Source of the DNA: an uncultured Kofleriaceae bacterium | GTDB taxonomy: Bacteria; Myxococcota_A; Polyangia; Haliangiales; Haliangiaceae | Assembly: GCA_964617845.1 (NCBI GenBank) | Contig: CAZUAR010000026.1 | Location: forward strand, 20,669-42,820 | Length of the DNA stretch: 22,152 nt | Direction of reading: 5' to 3' | Part shown: piece after piece, positions 17,001 through 22,152 of the stretch | Layout: each line of letters starts with the position of its first letter | How positions within the stretch are numbered: the stretch's first letter is position 1 | Made by a program: the position numbers and the translations under genes | Notes under the pieces: generated by a model | Databases searched by the model: none | The model's input: only the letters and a program-made list of their open reading frames with translations | What the model was told of the DNA's origin: nothing

Positions 17001-18758
17001 CGCGACGATGTCGTGCTCCGCGCGAACACCGGTGTGATCGATCGCGAACACCTTCGACATCGACCACACGGTGAGCACCGGGAACGCACCGCCCGTCATG
17101 ATCGGTCCGTCGCCGAGCTTTTTGACCGTCTCCTCGTAGAGCGGCCAGCCGAGCTCGTCGACGATGCCGGAGCGCAGGTGCAGCACCAGGCTCTCGGCGA
17201 GATCGGCCTTCGCGAGGCGCTCCTGCAGATCCGCGAACGGCAGGAACGTCTCCGGCGTCGTCTTGTGGTCGAGCTCCACGAGCGTCTCGGCGATCGTCGA
17301 GAGCGACGCGCCGCCGAGCTTGTCGAGCTGCTCCTCGATCCACATGCGCCGCGCGGCGACGAAGCCCTGCTTCCCGCGCATGCGCGGCTCGTGCTCCGCT
17401 TCGCCCATCATGTCGGCGACGGCGGCGGCGAGGCGCTTGCCGTAGACGGCGTGGCCTGCGACGAGCACCGGGTCGACGGTCATCGATTCCGGATAGAAGC
17501 GATCGTTGCTGACGTCCTCGTCGAGCGGCACGCCGAGCTGGAGCGCGAGCTCCGCGAGATCGAGGTTCAGGTCGCTGCCCCAGCGCGGGCGCGGCGTCTC
17601 CACCTTGATCGGCTGCCGCAGCGCGACGAGGCGCGGCGCGACCTCGCGCAGCAGCGCCTCGGTGCGCTCGGTCTTGCCCGCGTACGCGAACAGCCTGCTC
17701 ATCCACGCGCCGAGACCTTCGTCCGGCAAACCGGACAGCGCGCCGATCTCGTCGAGCACGGTCATCCAGGTCTCGCTCTGGAACGTCTTCTTCGCATCCT
17801 GGTTGCCGCCCTTGGGCGACGGCCACAGGTTGCGCAAGCGCGCGCGTGCCTCGGGCTTCTCCCTGCCGATCCGCACGAGCGCGTCGCGATACGTCGACCA
17901 GAACTCCGACGGCGCCTTGTTGATGCCCGGCGCCTCGAGCATCTCGAGGGCGAGCGCGTCGGCTTCCTTGTCGACGTCGAGGCCCGCGCCCTTCGCGAGC
18001 GCCTGCAGATCCTTACCCATGCCCGAGTACGGCGGCATGCCGCCGAGCGCGCGCTTGATGATGATCGCGCGGAACCGCCGGTACGCTTCCTTGCCGCCCG
18101 CGGTCTTCGCGAGGTCCTTCGCGTATTGCGACAGCGTCTTCGCGCTCAGCGCGCCGAGCAGGGCGAACTCGACGAACACCGCGTCGGTGTCCTCGGGGTT
18201 CGTCTTCAGCTTGTACGCGCGCTCCGCTTGCCGCGCGCGCTCGAAGCACTGCGCCGCCATCGTCGACGACGCTTGATCGGCGACGACGCGACCGACCTCC
18301 TCCCAGAACGACGGCAAGAACTGCGGCGTGCCGCGCGACAGCGTCTTCGCGATCTTCTCGAACGCGTCCTTTGCGTGCCCTGGCTTTGCCTGCACGAGGC
18401 GCTTCGCCTTGCGCATCTCGTCGGTGACCTCGAGCGCGGCCTTCGCCTTCTTCGGCTCGTTGACCAGCGCCCACGCCGGAAACCCGAGCGTGCGGAAGCG
18501 AACCTGGCCGAGCGGCTTGCTCACCTCGGGCTCGCCGAAACCGAACGCCGCCATCTCCGCGTCCGTGCCCGCGGCGACCGCATCGGGCTCGAGGCGAATG
18601 ATCACCTTGCCCGGCTCGAGCGCCGGGTGCGGATAGGCGCGCGCCGTCACCGCGCTCGCGCGTTGGTCCTCTGCGAGCTTCGCGCCGAGCGCGACGATGC
18701 CGCCCGCGCCGAGCGTCGCGATCGCGTCGTGGGGAACGAGGTGTCCGCGATCAGTCAT
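14031..18758 (-). CDS. Large hypothetical protein (1575 aa), no recognisable catalytic or binding motif. Predicted cytoplasmic and largely helical.
   Basis: ATG at 18758-18756 inside ATGACTGA, giving an 8-bp overlap with the stop of the upstream gene. Non-shadow composition (W/Y/K/E/D-rich, few Arg runs). The opposite-strand ORFs 14079-15704 and 15954-18824 are Arg-rich shadows. No P-loop, no Cys clusters, no TM segments seen. Confidence 0.7.
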   Translation of the reverse strand: MTDRGHLVPHDAIATLGAGGIVALGAKLAEDQRASAVTARAYPHPALEPGKVIIRLEPDAVAAGTDAEMAAFGFGEPEVSKPLGQVRFRTLGFPAWALVNEPKKAKAALEVTDEMRKAKRLVQAKPGHAKDAFEKIAKTLSRGTPQFLPSFWEEVGRVVADQASSTMAAQCFERARQAERAYKLKTNPEDTDAVFVEFALLGALSAKTLSQYAKDLAKTAGGKEAYRRFRAIIIKRALGGMPPYSGMGKDLQALAKGAGLDVDKEADALALEMLEAPGINKAPSEFWSTYRDALVRIGREKPEARARLRNLWPSPKGGNQDAKKTFQSETWMTVLDEIGALSGLPDEGLGAWMSRLFAYAGKTERTEALLREVAPRLVALRQPIKVETPRPRWGSDLNLDLAELALQLGVPLDEDVSNDRFYPESMTVDPVLVAGHAVYGKRLAAAVADMMGEAEHEPRMRGKQGFVAARRMWIEEQLDKLGGASLSTIAETLVELDHKTTPETFLPFADLQERLAKADLAESLVLHLRSGIVDELGWPLYEETVKKLGDGPIMTGGAFPVLTVWSMSKVFAIDHTGVRAEHDIVAKPTEYKIERAFLFGDALFVELDPEKGWQNMFYWASAPKELHEQKAHLRTWGGNTPYAWTLPDGSVTLGHKAFHPGGSEITGTMEYLCDGTTMWQKEYGRKLRAYDPIKNAKGAEDGGPAWIAQWTREGYETDVRDCRLHPAPPGLTFSPLGIANGLLGVRVRNVKGERADDDPRPFQEAERVDGRMYTGFDTPQYLVSFPGDESLRVVTAEQASSKRFIEGGGPGAQLHDPSGKHDLGEINQHPWTSRGWGTVPVPPVAFWHYLTPRDEASSRALRGITTDVARTILDAAIKEVSARPDGGTITVAIEAAIKSALPGVTHPAIVAGIAGHAERAAELVLQAREMASARHKDNADASGTALVGEAGNVRKMALALATGKATKIADFDTDIEDWLVRPRAEVMRALSPVSEEAARRKAREIAQALAGTILADDLSSVRYLAIEEPDDWTGDDDEEYGTLKVVKHEASVFAIHEDNNWAIEYTTDGTFRAPPNKWKVDKATKLSKGIGTAWAEKLLALPDAPMAWEPAMAERTAKRADLSLAEATLLFHGAPKRNAWGKDFLGKPTRELLGLKRDEASAANETFKPLTDDVLYALLDAAVPDDPALLLAPATDGGWADRVGDAWKKKYGKKTKIPQDLIAQAKKELSLGNDLAEILPLFAGELDLPWLRNDDRPFAEIGAWRKRGEGYLTPRRAKEVATLAAWLFFARPIGCPIRAGVPAAIKKLRAMLSAPEAIWKIDDFYVDDDSAKDKARADALMNLVAGKTFDAGKSGEDLASEARDDGAVLVARYTHHVHAGFRPGKLDGAGGKTAEKLAQAMFDEENTPGGDPLEDLKTAQLILSDGFTALADRVDDTEVPEGGFEANPLASAPKLVAKVAKAEGLSQEAAALYLQVLALAEPTQKNVTTWNGWTTKQYAAASAELVKKKLVVEGKRERAGRSIFIKGGYTKGDRENLPTEEWKLPFYAGLDRNVPHEPTHELFERAYKRAQSDPP

Positions 18759-19809
18759 TGTCGCCCTCCTTCTCGACCTTGCGCTTGGCGTAGATCAGCG
18801 ACGCCATGCGCATGCCTTCGCTGAACGCGATCGCCGGGACGTCGGTCACCGCGATCGGTCGCTGCTTGTCGTCGACCCAGCTCAGCTCGCCGGTCGTCGT
18901 CTCGTACATCGGATCGCCGCCGTCGCCGAGCGAGTAGCGCCCCTCGACGTAGCGGCCGTTCTCGAGCACGCGGCACACCGAAGCGCCGCCCGACACGCGA
19001 TAGCCGAGCCGCTTCGCGAGGCCGATCGCCTGCGACAGCATCGAGAACTCGCCTCCCGCGTACGTCTCGAGCGCGTGCGGATCCGCGGGCGGCGTCTTCG
19101 GCGGCGTGAACGTCTCGCGGAACAGCTGCGAGAGGCCCTGTTTCACGCCGACCTGGACCGCGAGCTCGCGCAGATCGTCGAGCTCGTCGAGCACGACCGG
19201 GTGCGGGATCATCACCGTCTCGGTCTGGAGCCACGTCGTCTCGCCATCGCGATCGACGACGCCGATGCCCTTCTGCTTGTCGACGCCGCGGAAGAACCCG
19301 CCGGCTTCACGGTCGACCTTGCCGTTCCGGTCGACACCGACGACCCACGCGTCGCGCAGCACGCGCGACCAGTGGTCATCGGCGAGCACGCTCTCGAGCA
19401 CGCCGCGCGGCACGGGGAGCGAGCGCAGCATCCATGTCTCGACGGTGTGCAGGCACGTCCGCGCGTGCTCCTCCAGGAAGTCGAGCGCCGCTTCGAGCGT
19501 CTCGCCGACCGGGGACTCCTTGACCGGCTTGGGGACCGAGCCGAGCTCCTTTCCGTCCTTCTTCGCGACGAGCTTCGGCTCGCCCTCGTCGTTCGTGCGG
19601 ATCGCGAGCGCGATGCCCTTGCCGGCGTCCATCCATCCCGGCTCCGCCGCCACCTTGCCCGCTGGCGCCTTCTGGCGCGCGGCCGACTTCGGTGCGGGTG
19701 TTGACTTTTTCGCGGCCGGCGGCTTCTTCGCCACCGCCTTCGTCTTCTTCGCTTGCGCAGACTTGTGCGCAGCTTTCGGCGCGGCCTTCTTGCCCTTGGT
19801 CTTCGCCAT
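18751..19809 (-). CDS. Hypothetical protein (352 aa) with an ~55-aa histone-H1-like K/A/P-rich N-terminal tail and a globular C-terminal domain of unknown function. Translationally coupled to the 1575-aa gene.
   Basis: ATG at 19809 with GGGGGAA upstream. N-terminus MAKTKGKKAAPKAAHKSAQAKKTKAVAKKPPAAKKSTPAPKSAARQKAPAGK. Stop TGA 18753-18751 overlaps the downstream ATG. The opposite-strand ORF 18697-19704 is Arg-rich shadow. Confidence 0.7.
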   Translation of the reverse strand: MAKTKGKKAAPKAAHKSAQAKKTKAVAKKPPAAKKSTPAPKSAARQKAPAGKVAAEPGWMDAGKGIALAIRTNDEGEPKLVAKKDGKELGSVPKPVKESPVGETLEAALDFLEEHARTCLHTVETWMLRSLPVPRGVLESVLADDHWSRVLRDAWVVGVDRNGKVDREAGGFFRGVDKQKGIGVVDRDGETTWLQTETVMIPHPVVLDELDDLRELAVQVGVKQGLSQLFRETFTPPKTPPADPHALETYAGGEFSMLSQAIGLAKRLGYRVSGGASVCRVLENGRYVEGRYSLGDGGDPMYETTTGELSWVDDKQRPIAVTDVPAIAFSEGMRMASLIYAKRKVEKEGDND

Positions 19810-19818
19810 GGTTCCCCC

Positions 19819-19874
19819 GCGCGCAGCCTAACGCGAAGTCGTAGGTGGCCGTTCCGGAGTGCGATAGGCTGCGC
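19819..19874. promoter_or_regulatory. Perfect 10-bp inverted repeat GCGCAGCCTA...TAGGCTGCGC with a 36-bp spacer, in the 67-bp divergent intergenic region between the H1-tail gene and the secreted-protein gene.
   Basis: Read directly from the sequence at 19819-19828 and 19865-19874. It occupies most of the only sizeable divergent promoter region in the window. Confidence 0.3.
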
Positions 19875-19876
19875 AC

Positions 19877-21151
19877 GTGAGGTTCGCTTTTCTCGCAGTC
19901 GTCGGTCTCGCCGGCTCCGCCGCGGCCGCGCCGACGATGACGAGCCAGAGCGATCCACATCCCGGCATCCACCTCGAGCGATGGACCGACTCCGCGATCC
20001 CCGCGAAGCTCGTGCTCGTTCGCATCGATCTGACGTCGGCCGAGATCGCGGTCTACACGACGAAGGAAGCCGACAAGGGCATCACCACGAGCACCGCGGC
20101 GCAGCGCATGACCGCGCAGGTCGCGATCAACGGCGATGCGTTCGCGGCGCTCGACTACACGCCGCGCGGCCTCGCACTCGGCGACTCGACGCCGTGGACC
20201 AACACCGCCGACTCGAACGTGCTGCCGCTGATGCACGTCCGCCGCGTCGGCGAGCGAACGACCGCGACGATCGTTCCGCCCGAGATCGTCGTCGGTCCCG
20301 ACGATCTACCCGCGGGGACACAAGGCGCGATCAGCGGGCGGCCGCTGCTCGTGCGCGCGGGCAACGTCGCACCGCAGTTCGACTGCGCGGATCCGGTCAC
20401 GCTCTCCTGCCAGCGCGCACCGCGCTCGGCGGTCGCCGTGTCCTCCGATGGCAACACGATGTGGCTCGTCACGGTCGACGGCTGGCAGAACGGCTCGGTC
20501 GGCATGACGGCCGCGGAGCTCGCGCAGTTCCTCGACGCGCGCGGCGCCCACATGGCGATGGCGCTCGACAGCGGCAGCTCCGCGACGATGGTCGTCGACG
20601 GCACGCTCGCGACGATGCCCTCCGATGGCGTCGAGCGCCGCGTCGCGAACCACATCGCGGTGAAGTACGGCGCGCTGCTTAAGGGCGAGCTCGTGGGCCT
20701 CGTGTGCGCCAACAGCATCACGAACTGCACGCGGCTGACCGGCGCCATCGTGACGCTCGACGACGGCCGCATGCAGACGACCGGCTCCGATGGGTTCTAC
20801 GACTTCACCGGCATCACGCCGCGCCTCGCCTGCATCACCGCGAAGAAGACCGGCTACAAGACCAAGCAGCAGTGCGCGATCGTCGAGTCGAGCATGCAGA
20901 ACTTCAACTCGATCGTGCTCGAGCCCGGCACCGACCCGATAATAGACGCGGGTGTCCCGGATGCGCCCGGTCCCGACGACGACGCCGGCGTTCCACCGGG
21001 CGATGGTGGGATGGATCCCGACGGTGGAATCCCCGACATGGGCGATGGAGGCGGCTGCTGCGATGCTGGGCGCGAGCGACCGCCGATCGCCATCGTTCTT
21101 GGGGTGGCGCTGGGATGGATGCTGAGACGCCGTCGCGGTACAAACGTCTAG
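19877..21151 (+). CDS. Secreted phosphodiester glycosidase-family (NAGPA/DUF2233-like) protein with a carboxypeptidase-regulatory-like beta domain and a C-terminal MYXO-CTERM-type sorting signal.
   Basis: GTG at 19877 is the first start after TAG 19865-19867. Signal peptide MRFAFLAVVGLAGSAAAAP. Motifs AINGDAF and ALDSGSSATMVVDG (compare INGGFF / LDGGGSST of pfam09992). D/G/P-rich linker with DAGVP repeats. Terminal GGGCCDAG-RERPPIAIVLGVALGWML-RRRRG, i.e. Cys motif, TM helix, Arg cluster. Confidence 0.8.
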   Translation: MRFAFLAVVGLAGSAAAAPTMTSQSDPHPGIHLERWTDSAIPAKLVLVRIDLTSAEIAVYTTKEADKGITTSTAAQRMTAQVAINGDAFAALDYTPRGLALGDSTPWTNTADSNVLPLMHVRRVGERTTATIVPPEIVVGPDDLPAGTQGAISGRPLLVRAGNVAPQFDCADPVTLSCQRAPRSAVAVSSDGNTMWLVTVDGWQNGSVGMTAAELAQFLDARGAHMAMALDSGSSATMVVDGTLATMPSDGVERRVANHIAVKYGALLKGELVGLVCANSITNCTRLTGAIVTLDDGRMQTTGSDGFYDFTGITPRLACITAKKTGYKTKQQCAIVESSMQNFNSIVLEPGTDPIIDAGVPDAPGPDDDAGVPPGDGGMDPDGGIPDMGDGGGCCDAGRERPPIAIVLGVALGWMLRRRRGTNV

Positions 21152-21152
21152 G

Positions 21153-22152
21153 GTGTCCACCGTCCACACGCAGCTCCTGACCGACGACGCCAGTGGCATG
21201 CTCGTCGAGCGCTCCTTCCGGTTGCGCGTGGTCTCCGGTCCCGACGCGGGCAAGGCCCACACCCTCGACGAGGGCACCACGATGGTCGGCACGCACGCCG
21301 ACAACGATCTCGTGCTCACGGACGCGACGGTGTCGCGCTACCACCTCGAGATCCGCGTGCGCCGCGATGGGATCGAGGTGCGCGATCTCGACACGACCAA
21401 CGGTACCAAGCACGGCGGCGTTCGCATCAACAGCATCGTCTTGACCAACGCCGCGCGCCTGCGCCTGGGCAAGCACACCGAGATGGACGTCGAGCCCGTC
21501 GACACCAACGTCGAGGTCGGCGAGTGGCACGGCGATCGCTTCGGCGACGTGCTCGGCACGACGACGCCGATGCGGCGGTTGTTCGCGTTGCTCGGAAAGG
21601 CCGCGCCGACCGAGGCCACGATCCTCCTGCAAGGCGAGACGGGCACCGGCAAGGAAGCGATCGCCGAGGCGGTCCACAAGATGAGCAAGCGGGCGAAGGG
21701 CCCGTTCGTCGTCGTCGACTGCGGATCGATCCCGCACGAGCTGATCGCGTCGGAGCTGTTCGGCCACGCGAAGGGCTCGTTCACCGGCGCCAACGCCGAC
21801 AAGCAAGGCCTGATCGAAGCGGCCAACCAGGGCACGCTGTTCCTCGACGAGATCGGCGAGCTCGCGATCGATCTGCAGCCGCAGCTGCTGCGCGTGCTCG
21901 ATCGCCGGCAGGTCCGCCGCGTCGGCGAGACGCAGTCGGTCGATGTCGACATCCGCGTGATCGCGGCGACGCACCGCGATCTGCGCGCGATGGTCAAGGC
22001 CGGCACGTTCCGCGAGGATCTCTACTATCGCCTCGCCGTCGTCGCGACGTTCGTGCCGCCGCTGCGTGATCGCAAGGCCGACATCCCCGCGCTCGCGGCG
22101 TGGTTCGCCGAGCGCATGGGCCGCGGTGGGTTCGCGCACTCGCCTGCCCTGC
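21153..22152 (+). CDS. FHA-domain sigma-54-dependent transcriptional activator (bacterial enhancer-binding protein). The 3' end runs off the window.
   Basis: Frame 0 is open to the window end. GTG at 21153 lies 1 nt after the upstream TAG; alternative ATG at 21198. FHA-like N-terminus (RLRVVSGPDAGKAHTLDEGTTMVGTHADNDLVLTDATVSRYHLEI...TNGT). Sigma-54 AAA+ motifs GETGTGKE, GAFTGA variant GSFTGA, ESELFGH, FLDEIGEL. Confidence 0.85.
   Translation, partial: MSTVHTQLLTDDASGMLVERSFRLRVVSGPDAGKAHTLDEGTTMVGTHADNDLVLTDATVSRYHLEIRVRRDGIEVRDLDTTNGTKHGGVRINSIVLTNAARLRLGKHTEMDVEPVDTNVEVGEWHGDRFGDVLGTTTPMRRLFALLGKAAPTEATILLQGETGTGKEAIAEAVHKMSKRAKGPFVVVDCGSIPHELIASELFGHAKGSFTGANADKQGLIEAANQGTLFLDEIGELAIDLQPQLLRVLDRRQVRRVGETQSVDVDIRVIAATHRDLRAMVKAGTFREDLYYRLAVVATFVPPLRDRKADIPALAAWFAERMGRGGFAHSPAL

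Noticed and set aside
15954-18824. 956-aa plus-strand ORF (and 14079-15704 +) opposite the 1575-aa gene
   Set aside because: Arg-rich shadow ORFs. The minus-strand product has balanced W/Y/K/E-rich composition and a coupled upstream partner.
14031-19809. Assignment of the giant protein and its partner to the WGR plus DUF4132 (MolR/YehI-like) family
   Set aside because: I could not find a W-G-R-x-G motif in either protein and cannot recall the DUF4132 signature reliably. Left as hypothetical.
19810-19876. Sigma-54 (-24 GG / -12 GC) promoter upstream of the secreted-protein and FHA-EBP genes
   Set aside because: The closest candidate, TGGCCGTTCCGGAGTGC, has wrong GG-to-GC spacing (13 rather than 10 nt). 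Not supported.
1-22152. CRISPR arrays, tRNA/rRNA genes, IS elements, integrases and phage genes
   Set aside because: No regularly spaced direct repeats, no cloverleaf-capable intergenic segments (all gaps are 120 nt or shorter), and no transposase or integrase-like ORFs on either strand.

Overview
The window is about 70% GC, gene-dense, and almost every reading frame is open on both strands (shadow ORFs). It is most likely from a myxobacterium (Myxococcota): one secreted protein ends in a MYXO-CTERM-like sorting tail, and PEGA domains, FHA-type sigma-54 activators and K/P/A-rich low-complexity tails are all present. I support 14 protein-coding genes. I found no rRNA, tRNA, CRISPR array or transposase. 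Genes were separated from antisense shadow ORFs by recognisable catalytic motifs and by amino-acid composition; the shadow frames are Arg/Ala-dominated.

Layout:
(i) Six same-strand genes from 1 to 5799, the first five linked by start/stop overlaps or gaps of 2-16 nt: a NitT/TauT-type ABC permease and ATPase (the ATPase carries an atypical ~85-aa insertion and a Pro/Ala-rich N-terminal extension), then a membrane-anchored coiled-coil protein, a classical-clade AAA ATPase with a large uncharacterised N-domain, and two small unknown proteins.
(ii) A signalling pair: a pseudo-receiver/GHKL-like/PEGA membrane protein and a hybrid histidine kinase.
(iii) An RND efflux pair (lipoprotein adaptor plus HAE1-type pump).
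(iv) On the minus strand, a translationally coupled pair: a 352-aa protein with a histone-H1-like K/A/P tail and a 1575-aa protein with no recognisable motif.
(v) A secreted phosphodiester-glycosidase-like protein with a MYXO-CTERM anchor, followed 1 nt later by a partial FHA/sigma-54 activator.

The best candidates for an undescribed system are the ABC/coiled-coil/AAA operon (i) and the H1-tail plus giant-protein pair (iv). Both are functionally uncharacterisable from sequence alone.
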